Source: an uncultured Bdellovibrionales bacterium
Lineage (GTDB): Bacteria > Bdellovibrionota_C > UBA2361 > CAKMMH01
Direction: 5' to 3'
Assembly (NCBI GenBank): GCA_964534945.1
Contig: CAZHSB010000004.1
Coordinates: 1-62,438 of the forward strand
DNA: 62,438 nt
In this document: piece after piece, positions 36,950-46,923 of the stretch
Layout: each line of letters starts with the position of its first letter
How positions within the stretch are numbered: the stretch's first letter is position 1
The notes under the pieces: generated by a model
Told to the model about the DNA's origin: nothing
What the model saw: only the letters and a program-made list of their open reading frames with translations
The model's database searches: none
Translations under genes and position numbers: made by a program

Positions 36950-36997
36950 AAAAAGAACCCTTTTAATTTAAAAAAAACTCTATATATATTACACCTG

Positions 36998-38272
36998 CTA
37001 TAATGCCCAATAAGAATAATCTTGACTATTTTTCAAATTAGAAAATGCAGTTTTTACATCTATTATGATCCCTTTATCCTTTAAAATACTTCCAATGTTT
37101 TTCTCAATAAGATCCATATAATCTTTATGAGGAACTGCTAAAATGAGAGCATCTAACTCTTTAAAATCATTAAAATCTACTAAATTAATATTATATGCTT
37201 TTAATGCCACCTCTTTTGATGCCATTGGATCGCAAACTATTGGAGCAATACCAAATTCTTTTAATTCATTATAAATATCAGGAACTCTACTATTCCTTAA
37301 GTCTGCTACATTTTCCTTAAACGTTAATCCGAAGATTCCAATCTTGGCATCTCTTATCGCATCGTTATTTGCTATCAATAACTTAATCGTTTTATGTGCA
37401 ATAAAGTTTCCCATATCATCATTTATGCGTCTACCTGCTAAAATTACTTCTGGGTGGTATCCCAATGATTCTGCTTTTGCAGTTAAATAATATGGATCTA
37501 CACCGATACAATGTCCCCCAACAAGCCCAGGAGAGAATTTTAAAAAGTTCCACTTTGTGCTTGCGGCATTTAACACGTCTTTTGTCGAAATCCCTATTCT
37601 ATCGAATATCAAGGCGCATTCGTTCATAAGAGCTATATTAATATCTCGTTGTGTATTTTCTATAACTTTTGCGGCCTCTGCTACTTTTATAGATTCTGCC
37701 TCATAAATTCCAACTTTTACAACCGACGAATAAACTTTCTTCACAACTTTTAAAGTTTCTTCGTCTTCTGCAGAAACTACTTTGACGATTTTATCTACAG
37801 TTCTTTCTTTATCTCCTGGGTTCATTCTTTCTGGAGAATATCCCAATTTAAAATCAACGCTTTGTTTTAATCCTGAAAATTTTTCTAGTAGTGGTCCACA
37901 ATGTTCTTCAGTAACTCCAGGATACACCGTTGATTCAAAAACAACTATATCACCTTTTTTAAGATATTTTCCTAGCGTTTCGCAAACCATATTAAGTGGC
38001 GTCAAATCTGGCCTTTTATCTGCATCGATTGGAGTGGGTACGCAAACAATATAAAAATTTGAATCTTTTAAATCTTCTTCATCAAAAGTGATAAGAAGAG
38101 AAGTTTCTTTTAGATCCTTTTCAAACCCCTCACAAGTTACATCAACTCCTTTTTTTAATAATTCAACTCTTTCCTCATTTACATCAAATCCGACTGCTTT
38201 TTTATAATTTTGAGCCAACCTCAAAGCAAGAGGAAGCCCTACATAACCAAGACCAATAACTGCAATATTCAT
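36998..38272 (-). CDS. nucleotide-sugar dehydrogenase (UDP-glucose/GDP-mannose dehydrogenase family; TviB/WbpO-like)
   Basis: 424 aa. IAVIGLGYVGLPLA, PGLVGGHCIGVDPYYL catalytic Cys, GLTFKENVADLRNS. Confidence 0.85.
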   Translation of the reverse strand: MNIAVIGLGYVGLPLALRLAQNYKKAVGFDVNEERVELLKKGVDVTCEGFEKDLKETSLLITFDEEDLKDSNFYIVCVPTPIDADKRPDLTPLNMVCETLGKYLKKGDIVVFESTVYPGVTEEHCGPLLEKFSGLKQSVDFKLGYSPERMNPGDKERTVDKIVKVVSAEDEETLKVVKKVYSSVVKVGIYEAESIKVAEAAKVIENTQRDINIALMNECALIFDRIGISTKDVLNAASTKWNFLKFSPGLVGGHCIGVDPYYLTAKAESLGYHPEVILAGRRINDDMGNFIAHKTIKLLIANNDAIRDAKIGIFGLTFKENVADLRNSRVPDIYNELKEFGIAPIVCDPMASKEVALKAYNINLVDFNDFKELDALILAVPHKDYMDLIEKNIGSILKDKGIIIDVKTAFSNLKNSQDYSYWAL

Positions 38273-38571
38273 AACTATCTCAACTTTTATATTTTAAAAT
38301 TATATTTGTTCTATATTTACCAAACATTTCTTTTTCCTAAGCAATATTTAGTAAAATAAAAACGACAAATCAAATATAACAAAAAAGTAAAAAAATTTAA
38401 ATGCGTGGAATCGGCATCAACAAAATTATTTTTTTAAACTTATATGCCTAAATTCTGCGACTAAACAATTTTTTTATACATTTTTGAATAGCTGAATCAA
38501 GATTTTTGGATTTTTCTTAATCGGCGATATGCAAAAATAACACCCTACTTATTCCATTATATTTGTGAATA

Positions 38572-39207
38572 TCACTCTAACGCATTGACTATCGACTGTC
38601 TATTTAAAAGCTCCTCTAATACATTTCCGCTTTTTAAAGGAACCCTTTTCCTACTTACAAATGGCCAAAACCAATTTCCATCTACATTAATTTTCCCCTT
38701 ACTTGTTTCATAAGCAAGCTCTTTACCATCATTGTTAATCACATACACATCAATATCATACATAAACCAAGAATTCACAAACGTATCACTTTTATATTCA
38801 TTAAGAATCAATAATACCAATTTACTAGAAGTATTATTCTTAAAATCATCTACTACTCTTTGCTTATTACGTAACCCCTCTGTTTTTATACTTGTAATAT
38901 TAAATCCTACTTGTGAAAAATTTTGCTTTAAAGAATCTGTTAACTCTTCAGAAAGTGGAAGCTTCGAGCTAGTAGTCTCATGCCATATATTTCCATATCC
39001 CCCTCTTTCAATAGCAACATAATTTGAGTCTCTTTCTCCGCTTAATATATATGGCCTAAGATCTAATACCGCTACAGAAATAGGAGTATTATTTGCCTTA
39101 TAATTTAAATTTAAATTTAAATTGCTATAAGTAATTTTTCCACATCCTTGAAAAATTATAAAAAATAAAGATAAAACTAAAATAAAAAAAGATTTAGAAA
39201 TTTTCAT
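38572..39207 (-). CDS. putative lipoprotein
   Basis: 211 aa. Signal peptide ending in lipobox-like IFQGC. No recognisable domain. Confidence 0.5.
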   Translation of the reverse strand: MKISKSFFILVLSLFFIIFQGCGKITYSNLNLNLNYKANNTPISVAVLDLRPYILSGERDSNYVAIERGGYGNIWHETTSSKLPLSEELTDSLKQNFSQVGFNITSIKTEGLRNKQRVVDDFKNNTSSKLVLLILNEYKSDTFVNSWFMYDIDVYVINNDGKELAYETSKGKINVDGNWFWPFVSRKRVPLKSGNVLEELLNRQSIVNALE

Positions 39208-39358
39208 AAACTGTTACCTTAAAAATACGAATAATAAAACAAAATAAGAGATAACTGCAAACATGAAAACTTTGTATAAAGTTTTTTGCTCTTTAAAAAA
39301 ATATTAACTATTTTTAAAATAATATGTCTTTATTTTTTTAAATAGCTTTTTTTATTAT

Positions 39359-40780
39359 CTACATCAACTCTTTTGCCATATTTTCAAGTAGTGGTGGTCT
39401 TAATAAAATGTTCCTAGCTTCTAGTGCTTGAGTTGCAAGATCTGGAAAAAATTCCTGCAAACGCGATATTTGATTTAAATGATCCGCTGTTTGAGAAATC
39501 AATCTTGCAGCATCACCTTCTGCAACCCCTGATAATCTTAAGACAGAGGCAAAACACGGCCAGTCCTGAGAATCCATCCAAGTAGTAACCGTAACAGCCG
39601 CCGTTGGTTGTACCTGCACTTCTTCCCTATTTTTATTTTCATAAGAAAGTTTTACATATTCAACAATCCTTTCCATCTCTTCAAAATACTGCTTCTTGAT
39701 TGGATTTTGCTTTATACCAATATAAGTTCTATACGAATCTCCCGCGATACTTGCAACAAGCCCAACTAATTCATACGGTGTCAAATCCTCAAAAAGTCCC
39801 GTATCAATTGCTTCTGAAAGTTCTAGGACTAAACTTGTGCAAAGCTCTGCTGCCCAATGACCTTTTGGTGTTAATGCATCTTCCTTTATATGGCCTAAAC
39901 TTTCTAATGCACGTATCGTATTTTCAAGTTGAGCAGATTGCCTCTTTGTTCGCATATCAGCTTCTTTTTGCATTCTATTTATTTTTTTTCTAAACTTTTT
40001 CCCAGCTTCTCTTTCTAATGTACCTTTTTTCTTTTCATATTCCCTTTGCGCTACTTTTACATCATCTTCTAATTTTTTAGCCTCTTTCCTATCTAAAAAT
40101 CCTGCAAAACTTTTCTCAACTAAAAATCTCAAATCTTCCACTGAACGAAATTTTAATAAATTTAATACTGTCGATGGTGCTGCAAAATATGCAGAATGAA
40201 GCGGCTCAATCGGCTTTTTTATTATTTCACTTACAACTCTTGCATCAGAAAATAATCCTGGTGCAACTAAACAAATCCCAACTGCATCTTTTCCTCGTCG
40301 TCCCGCGCGTCCCGACATCTGTTGGAATTCAGAAGCTGTTAAAATTTTAAACCCTTCAGAGCCTCTTTTGCTATGCGCCGTTATGATCGTTGTCCTTGCT
40401 GGAAAATCCACACCTGCAGCAACTGTTCCCGTTGCAATCATCATACGAAGAAGCCCTTTTCCCATAAGCTCCTCAAGCAATAATCTCCAAAGTAACAATT
40501 GACCTGCATGATGCGCACCGACTCCTGTTCTTATTAAAGCCTCATATTGTTGATGCCCCGTTATAACTTCACGCTCCATTGAATATTTTTCAATAACTTT
40601 CTCAATCTCTGCTTTAATAACTTCTTGTTCCTCCAAAAGAAGCTCCGCACTTGGACGTTCAGATAATTTTTCTATATCGTCATCACATTGTCTTCTTGAA
40701 GTTCTAAATAAAAGTGCAGGTAAAAGATTATCTTTTTTTAACTGCATTAACATCTTATATATTGGATACTCACTTATCAT
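39359..40780 (-). CDS. Ski2/HelY-like helicase, C-terminal part (RecA2 + WH/ratchet + DSHCT-like)
   Basis: 473 aa. LLPALLFRTSRRQCD, GVGAHHAGQ, ATGTVAAGVDFPARTTII, QMSGRAGRRGKD (motif VI). C-terminal ..WMDSQDWPCFASVLRLSGVAEGDAARLISQTADHLNQI resembles DSHCT. Confidence 0.8.
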   Translation of the reverse strand: MISEYPIYKMLMQLKKDNLLPALLFRTSRRQCDDDIEKLSERPSAELLLEEQEVIKAEIEKVIEKYSMEREVITGHQQYEALIRTGVGAHHAGQLLLWRLLLEELMGKGLLRMMIATGTVAAGVDFPARTTIITAHSKRGSEGFKILTASEFQQMSGRAGRRGKDAVGICLVAPGLFSDARVVSEIIKKPIEPLHSAYFAAPSTVLNLLKFRSVEDLRFLVEKSFAGFLDRKEAKKLEDDVKVAQREYEKKKGTLEREAGKKFRKKINRMQKEADMRTKRQSAQLENTIRALESLGHIKEDALTPKGHWAAELCTSLVLELSEAIDTGLFEDLTPYELVGLVASIAGDSYRTYIGIKQNPIKKQYFEEMERIVEYVKLSYENKNREEVQVQPTAAVTVTTWMDSQDWPCFASVLRLSGVAEGDAARLISQTADHLNQISRLQEFFPDLATQALEARNILLRPPLLENMAKELM

Positions 40781-41643
40781 CTTCTTTTACCCTTGCCCTT
40801 AAAAATTTTTCTTTTGCCCCTATTTTGCCTAAAGTCTCTTTCACCGCTATTTCGAAAATTTTCCTTTCCTCTTTTACTCCTAAATTCAGGTCTTTTAAAT
40901 TTCATTCCACTTGCATCTAATCCAGCCTTTCCATAATAATCAAGAACATCTTTACAAACATGTCCATTCTTATCCATTAAAGGAATAGGCCCAAAATCTG
41001 GGTGCAAAAAACCATATCTAAGTTCGACAGGTCTATCATACTTATACACAATATTGCATTTCTTTCCTCTAACTTCTTCAATCCAACTTGCAATTTCATC
41101 AGCATTAGAAACAGAAGCAGAAAGCATTAAGAGAGCGGCTTCTTTTGAACTTAAGATAATACTTTCTTCCCAAACTGCACCTCGTTGTGGATCTGCGATA
41201 TAATGAACTTCATCAAAAACCACTAATGAATATCTCTCATCAAGTTTATATAATTCATTTCTATATATTTCAGTCGTTGCAATTACAATATCTGCATTAG
41301 TATCAATTTTCCTATCACCTGTTAATATTCCTACCTTAAACTCAGGCTCAAAACGTTTTTTAAATTCATTATACTTGGTGTTTGACAATGCTTTTAATGG
41401 CGTTGTGTAAATTGAACGCCCCCCCTGCATTGCATTTGCACGAATTGCTTCTAATGCAATATAGGTTTTTCCAGAACCTGTTGGCGCCACAACAAGAGTA
41501 TCATTACCCTGCACTGCCGAATCAATTGCTTCTTTTTGAAAATCATCTATGACAAACTTTGAATCTTTTGGAATACCAATACCCGATAAGAATTCTTTCT
41601 TCTCATGACTTATTCTCGTTCCTCTACTATCTTGTTCACTCAT
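40777..41643 (-). CDS. Ski2/HelY-like helicase, N-terminal part (RecA1)
   Basis: 288 aa. FQKEAI (Q motif region), APTGSGKT (I), FDEVHY (II), LSAS (III). Very basic C-terminal tail. The stop overlaps the next ATG (ATGA at 40780-40777). Confidence 0.8.
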   Translation of the reverse strand: MSEQDSRGTRISHEKKEFLSGIGIPKDSKFVIDDFQKEAIDSAVQGNDTLVVAPTGSGKTYIALEAIRANAMQGGRSIYTTPLKALSNTKYNEFKKRFEPEFKVGILTGDRKIDTNADIVIATTEIYRNELYKLDERYSLVVFDEVHYIADPQRGAVWEESIILSSKEAALLMLSASVSNADEIASWIEEVRGKKCNIVYKYDRPVELRYGFLHPDFGPIPLMDKNGHVCKDVLDYYGKAGLDASGMKFKRPEFRSKRGKENFRNSGERDFRQNRGKRKIFKGKGKRR

Positions 41644-41653
41644 TAAAAATCCT

Positions 41654-42382
41654 TTAATTATTTTCTAAATTATATCTACACGATATAAAATGGCGCAACT
41701 CGCCATCTGAAATTTTATTTATATTCTCTATACTATCATCAAAATTTATTTTTCCATCAAACAATGATATTAGATGCGTTACGGCAGGAAAAAGTCGCCT
41801 TAAATCATGACTTACTATAATCATTGATAATCCAAACTCTTTTTGTAAATTACAAATAAGCTCCATGATAACCGCACTACAAACAGGATCTAACCCCCCT
41901 GTGGGATCATCTAACAAAACCACACGCGGAGTAGCAATGAGCGCTCTAGCAAGGGAAGCTCTCTTTTGCATACCACCACTTAACTGTCCAGGCATTTTTA
42001 AATAACTATCTTTTAACCCAACCTTATATAAAATATCAAAAGCTTTCTGCGAATATTTTTCTCTCTTTTCATCACTTAGTAATGAAAGCGATGCACCACG
42101 AGTAAGTGGAAAAAGCACATTATCAAAAACATTCATTGAATCAAACAATGCTCCCTCTTGAAACATTAATGATACATCTTTTTTTTCTTTTACACCTAAA
42201 TCAAAGCTTCCACTATCTTGATTGTAAATTCCTGATAAAATTTTTAACAGAACACTTTTCCCCGATGCACACGGTCCTATAAGTCCCGTAATCGTTCCTG
42301 CATTTAAATTAAAGGAAATATCATCTAGTGCAATTATATCTCTAAACGTTTTTGTTAAATGATCTATTTTTATTTGTTCCAT
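41654..42382 (-). CDS. ABC transporter ATP-binding protein (MlaF-like)
   Basis: 242 aa. GPCASGKS Walker A, LSGGMQKRASLARAL signature, LLDDPTGGLD Walker B. Confidence 0.85.
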   Translation of the reverse strand: MEQIKIDHLTKTFRDIIALDDISFNLNAGTITGLIGPCASGKSVLLKILSGIYNQDSGSFDLGVKEKKDVSLMFQEGALFDSMNVFDNVLFPLTRGASLSLLSDEKREKYSQKAFDILYKVGLKDSYLKMPGQLSGGMQKRASLARALIATPRVVLLDDPTGGLDPVCSAVIMELICNLQKEFGLSMIIVSHDLRRLFPAVTHLISLFDGKINFDDSIENINKISDGELRHFISCRYNLENN

Positions 42383-42388
42383 AAATTT

Positions 42389-43543
42389 TTATTTATTTCC
42401 TAAAACTTTCTGTATTGTCTCATTTAATAATTCTATTGAAAATGGCTTTGTTAAAAAAGCTTTCGCTCCAGAATCCAACATTTTTTTCACCGCATCTTGC
42501 GCAGAAAATCCACTAATGACAATAAATTTTACATCAGGTCTTATCGACATTAAATCAATAAATAAATCTTCTCCCGAACCATCTGGCATTAACATATCAG
42601 AAACAACCGCATCAAAACTTCCTCTCTCTTTCTTAAAGATATCATACGCTTCTTCAACACCTTTTGCTACAAATACATTATAACCTAAAAATTCAAGTCC
42701 TTGCAAAAAGACATCTCGAATTGACTCTTCGTCATCAACAAAAAGAATTTTTGCATGTTCTTTCACAACTTCTATTTTTCTTCCCTCATGATTATCATCT
42801 TCTTGCAAATCATAATTTACAGTTGGTAAAAAAATTGTAAATGTACTTCCCTCATTTTCTTTTGATTTTATTTCTAATGTTCCCCCAAGTTCTTTTACAA
42901 TATGAGAAACTGTATATAAACCAAACCCCGTTCCTTTATCACCTTTTGTCGTAAAATAAGGTTCTAAAACCTTATCTTGTATTTTTTCTGGTATACCACA
43001 ACCGTTATCATTAACAGAAAAATAACACTTATCATTTTCTTGTTTTTTTAATGTAATAATTATTTTCCCCTTTTCTCCTAATGAATCCTTTGCATTTACA
43101 ACTAAATTAATTAGTATCTGCGCAATATGAGATTCAATTGCACTTACAAAAATATTTTTTTCAAAATTTGCTTCTATCTCATAAATTGGAGGCACAGAAG
43201 CTCTTAATAAAAAAACTGTATCTTCAAAAACTTTACTTAAATTTAAAACTTTTTTTTCATCATTTATTTTCAATCTAGAAAAATTTAAAATTTGTTTCGT
43301 AAGACTAGATGCTTTATTAATACCATTTTCAATTGCCAAAATAGAATCAATTAGTTCTTCGTCTTTTGTAATTTTTCTTTTTATAAAAGCTAGATGCCCA
43401 AGCATTCCTGTTAGTATATTATTAAAATCATGCGCAACACCCCCAGATAATATTCCAAGACTCATAAGTCTTTGATTATGCAAATTTTCTTTTGAATCCT
43501 TAATTTTTTCTGACATAAAAACTTCCTTTTTGCACTCTAACAC
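42389..43543 (-). CDS. hybrid sensor histidine kinase/response regulator without recognisable input domain
   Basis: 384 aa. H-box GGVAHDFNNIL, N-box LVVNAKDS, G-boxes DNGCGIP and GTGFGL. C-terminal receiver (ILFVDDE...VSDMLMPDGSG...TKPF). No TM segment. Confidence 0.8.
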   Translation of the reverse strand: MLECKKEVFMSEKIKDSKENLHNQRLMSLGILSGGVAHDFNNILTGMLGHLAFIKRKITKDEELIDSILAIENGINKASSLTKQILNFSRLKINDEKKVLNLSKVFEDTVFLLRASVPPIYEIEANFEKNIFVSAIESHIAQILINLVVNAKDSLGEKGKIIITLKKQENDKCYFSVNDNGCGIPEKIQDKVLEPYFTTKGDKGTGFGLYTVSHIVKELGGTLEIKSKENEGSTFTIFLPTVNYDLQEDDNHEGRKIEVVKEHAKILFVDDEESIRDVFLQGLEFLGYNVFVAKGVEEAYDIFKKERGSFDAVVSDMLMPDGSGEDLFIDLMSIRPDVKFIVISGFSAQDAVKKMLDSGAKAFLTKPFSIELLNETIQKVLGNK

Positions 43544-43690
43544 TTTGAATTAAATAATAATTTAAAAATTAAAAAAAATGTCTTTAAATTTCACATAGTT
43601 TCTGTATAAAATAACAATGTTGTATGTAGTATATTAGATTTTTCGAAATCTTTAAATAGATATCTTGATATCTTTATGGAGTATTACTAA

Positions 43691-43975
43691 ATGACTGAGT
43701 TACGAAAAGGTGTCGTTAAGTGGTTTAATGATGCCAAAGGCTTTGGATTTATAGAAAGTGAAGAAGGAGAAGATGTTTTTGTCCATTATTCAGTGATTGA
43801 GTCTGAAGGTTTTAAAACGCTAAAAGATGGCGAGGAAGTTACTTACGAAATTGAAAAAGGAGATAAGGGGCTTCACGCGTCTTGCGTAAATAGAACAAAA
43901 AAAGTTGTAAAAAAGCAAGAAAAAAAAGAGGAAACTCCAGCCACTGATGAGGTTGCAAAAGAAGAAAATAATTAA
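43691..43975 (+). CDS. cold-shock domain protein with Lys/Glu-rich C-terminal extension
   Basis: 94 aa. [15 protein letters not shown] (RNP1), VFVHYS (RNP2), followed by [25 protein letters not shown]. Confidence 0.9.
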   Translation: MTELRKGVVKWFNDAKGFGFIESEEGEDVFVHYSVIESEGFKTLKDGEEVTYEIEKGDKGLHASCVNRTKKVVKKQEKKEETPATDEVAKEENN

Positions 43976-44005
43976 TTATTTTCTTCTTTTTTAGTATTTA
44001 TTAAT

Positions 44006-45049
44006 TTAATTTTTTCTTGATTTTTCTTTTCCAGCTAGTTGTCCACAGGCAGCATCGATATCTTTGCCTTTTGACCATCGTATAGTTGTCATAATTTTAG
44101 ATTTTAAAAGTTCATTTCCAAATTCAAGGATAGATTTTTCTAACGGTGCTTTAAATTTAGATTCATTATTTCCATTAAAAGGAACTAAATTCACCTTTGC
44201 TTTTATACCCAAAAGAATTTTTCTTAGTCTTACTAAATCAGCCTCCGTATCATTTATTCCCTTTAGTAAAACATATTCAATCGTTATTTTTCTATTTCTT
44301 TTCAACTCCACTTTTCTAAGCGTATCTATTAAAGTTTTCATTGGATATGTTTTATTGATTGGCATTAACTCATTTCTTACTTCATCTGTCGTAGCATTTA
44401 AAGAAACCGCCAAGCTTGCTTCAACTTTATCATTAAAAAAATCTTTAATTCTAGGGACGATTCCACTTGTTGAAACAGTAATTTTTCTAGCGGAAAAAGC
44501 AAACCCATATTCATCATTTAAAATTTTAATGGCTTTCGTGACATTATCATAATTTAAAAATGGTTCTCCCATTCCCATAAAAACTATATTAGTAAATGTT
44601 TCGTCAAAATTTTTAGCATCTTTTAGTAAAAACCTGACTTGTCCTATTATTTCACCTACAGATAAATTTCTTTTAAATCCAATTTTTGCCGTAAAGCAAA
44701 ATGCACAATTCATTGCACACCCTACTTGCGATGAAACACAAATCGTATTTCTTTTTTCCTGCTTAATAAAAACCGACTCTATACAAGAAGAATCTTCTAA
44801 CTCAAAAAGATATTTTCTTGCTCCATCGTTAGAAATAAGACGTTTTCTTAATGTTAAATCTTTAAATACAAAATCTTTGGACAAAATTTCTCTTGTTTCT
44901 TTTTTTATATCCGTCATGCAATCAAAATCTGCGATGTCCCTTGCATATACCCACTTAAAAAGCTGTCCTGCTCTATAAGATGGAAGAGAAAATTTTTCAT
45001 CCAAATATGAAATTAAATCTTGTCTTGTATAATCAAAAAAATTTACCAT
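44006..45049 (-). CDS. rlmN: 23S rRNA/tRNA (adenine-C2)-methyltransferase, radical SAM
   Basis: 347 aa. CVSSQVGCAMNCAFCFT, GMGEPFLNY, IDAACGQL. Confidence 0.9.
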   Translation of the reverse strand: MVNFFDYTRQDLISYLDEKFSLPSYRAGQLFKWVYARDIADFDCMTDIKKETREILSKDFVFKDLTLRKRLISNDGARKYLFELEDSSCIESVFIKQEKRNTICVSSQVGCAMNCAFCFTAKIGFKRNLSVGEIIGQVRFLLKDAKNFDETFTNIVFMGMGEPFLNYDNVTKAIKILNDEYGFAFSARKITVSTSGIVPRIKDFFNDKVEASLAVSLNATTDEVRNELMPINKTYPMKTLIDTLRKVELKRNRKITIEYVLLKGINDTEADLVRLRKILLGIKAKVNLVPFNGNNESKFKAPLEKSILEFGNELLKSKIMTTIRWSKGKDIDAACGQLAGKEKSRKN

Positions 45050-45145
45050 TACATCTCTAATATAATAAAAAAAGCGTAAAAACCCTAAAAATTTTTACGC
45101 CTTATTAAATAATTTTATTATTAATTTTTACAATAATTTCAAAAA

Positions 45146-45556
45146 TTAAATTTCAGGAAAGAAAAAAGCTATTTCAATTTTAGCATTTTCAAGAGAATCA
45201 GAACCATGAACACAATTTCTATCAATGCTCTCTGCAAAATCAGCTCTAATTGTTCCTTTCTCTGCCTTTTTAGGATCTGTAGCTCCCATAAGCGCTCTAT
45301 TTTTTAAAACTGCGCCATCTCCCTCTAAGACAGAAACGACAACTGGACCGCTAGTCATATATTTTACCAAATCTTCATAAAATGGCTTACCTTTGTGAAC
45401 AGCATAAAAATCTTCAGCTTGCTTTTCAGTTAAACATAACATTCTTGTAGCAATAATTTTTAAACCATTATCTTCAAATCGTGTAAAAATTTTCCCAATT
45501 ATATTCTTTTCTACACCATCTGGTTTTACTATAGACAACGTTCTCTCAATTGACAT
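45146..45556 (-). CDS. ndk: nucleoside diphosphate kinase
   Basis: 136 aa. [19 protein letters not shown] active-site His. Confidence 0.93.
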   Translation of the reverse strand: MSIERTLSIVKPDGVEKNIIGKIFTRFEDNGLKIIATRMLCLTEKQAEDFYAVHKGKPFYEDLVKYMTSGPVVVSVLEGDGAVLKNRALMGATDPKKAEKGTIRADFAESIDRNCVHGSDSLENAKIEIAFFFPEI

Positions 45557-45611
45557 TTATTAACTCCTATAAAAAAATTTTAAATTAAAAAAATCTACAG
45601 AAAATCTTGCT

Positions 45612-45860
45612 TTATAGATCTACTTGCTCTTCACCTTTTTGGGTTTCCTTTAATCTTTTTATAATTCTTCCCTTTGATAAATCATAAGGAGAAATTTCCA
45701 CTACCACTCTATCGCCAGGTAAAACCCTAATATAAAAACGCCTCATCTTGCCTGCAAGATAAGCCAATAACTCATGCCCGTTATCGCACTCGACTCGAAA
45801 CGTCGTGTTTGGAAAACATTCTTTTACAACACCATTTAATTCAATTGTATCTTTCGCCAT
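45612..45860 (-). CDS. infA: translation initiation factor IF-1 (short C-terminal extension)
   Basis: 82 aa. [46 protein letters not shown]. Confidence 0.93.
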   Translation of the reverse strand: MAKDTIELNGVVKECFPNTTFRVECDNGHELLAYLAGKMRRFYIRVLPGDRVVVEISPYDLSKGRIIKRLKETQKGEEQVDL

Positions 45861-45948
45861 ATATTACTTTTCTATTATTTACGATTTTATAAAAACTTTT
45901 TTACTTAATACTTACTTAAGAATAAGTGCAATTGTAGCACTTTTACGA

Positions 45949-46923
45949 TTAAACTGCAAAGTCTCCGATGTTCCTAAATTTTTCATATCTTTTATCAAGA
46001 ATTTGTTCTATTGAAAATGTTTTTAACAATGCCAAATTATCGACTAAAGATACCTTTAGAGCCTCTGCAACCTCTTTGTAATTTCTATGAGCTCCCCCCT
46101 CTGGTTCAACAATAATCTGATCTATTATGTTTAATTTCTTTAAATCTTGCGCAGTAAGTTTTAACATTTCCGCAGACTGTTTTATTTTATCAAGAGATAT
46201 TTCTTCTTTATCCTTACCCCACAATATTGAAGCACACCCCTCAGGAGAAATAACAGAATAACAAGAATTTTGAAGCATTAATACTCTATCAGCGACTCCA
46301 AGCGCTAGCGCCCCACCACTTCCACCTTCACCTATAACAACAGAAATAATTCTAGTTCTCAAAATAGATAATTTAGCTAAATTCATTGCTATAGCTTCTG
46401 CCTGTCCTCTTTCTTCTGCTCCCAACCCAGGATACGCGCCTGCTGTATCGATAAAATTAATTATCGGTAAATTAAATTTTTCTGCTAAAGAAAACAATCT
46501 ACTTGCTTTCCTATAGCCCTCAGGATCTGCCATACCAAAGTTTCTTTTAACCCTTTCTTGCATATCCTTTCCACGTTGATGCCCAACTATTACTACAGAT
46601 TCTTCATTCAATTTTGCCAATCCTCCGACAATTGCAGGATCATCACCAAAACATCTATCACCATGAAGTTCTACAAAATCTGTAAATATTAAATCAACAT
46701 AATCAGTCATCACTGGCCTGTTTTGATGTCTTGATATCTGAACTTTTTGATAAACAGACAAATCTTTATAAACATCTTTTCTTAACTTTGAAACTTTTTT
46801 TTCTTGTTCCGCAAACTCCTTTCTAATATCCTCGTCTCCCGCATTTAAACGTTCTCTTAAATCTTCTAAAATAGATTCTTGCAAAGCCAAAGTCTTTTCA
46901 AAATCGAGGGGATTTTTTATCAT
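45949..46923 (-). CDS. accA: acetyl-CoA carboxylase carboxyltransferase alpha subunit
   Basis: 324 aa. FIDTAGAYPGLGAEERGQAEAIA, VIGEGGSGGALA. Confidence 0.92.
   Translation of the reverse strand: MIKNPLDFEKTLALQESILEDLRERLNAGDEDIRKEFAEQEKKVSKLRKDVYKDLSVYQKVQISRHQNRPVMTDYVDLIFTDFVELHGDRCFGDDPAIVGGLAKLNEESVVIVGHQRGKDMQERVKRNFGMADPEGYRKASRLFSLAEKFNLPIINFIDTAGAYPGLGAEERGQAEAIAMNLAKLSILRTRIISVVIGEGGSGGALALGVADRVLMLQNSCYSVISPEGCASILWGKDKEEISLDKIKQSAEMLKLTAQDLKKLNIIDQIIVEPEGGAHRNYKEVAEALKVSLVDNLALLKTFSIEQILDKRYEKFRNIGDFAV

Noticed and set aside
44064-44552. 162-aa ORF antisense to rlmN
   Set aside because: rlmN on the minus strand has the radical-SAM CxxxCxxC and full-length signature. The antisense ORF has no support.
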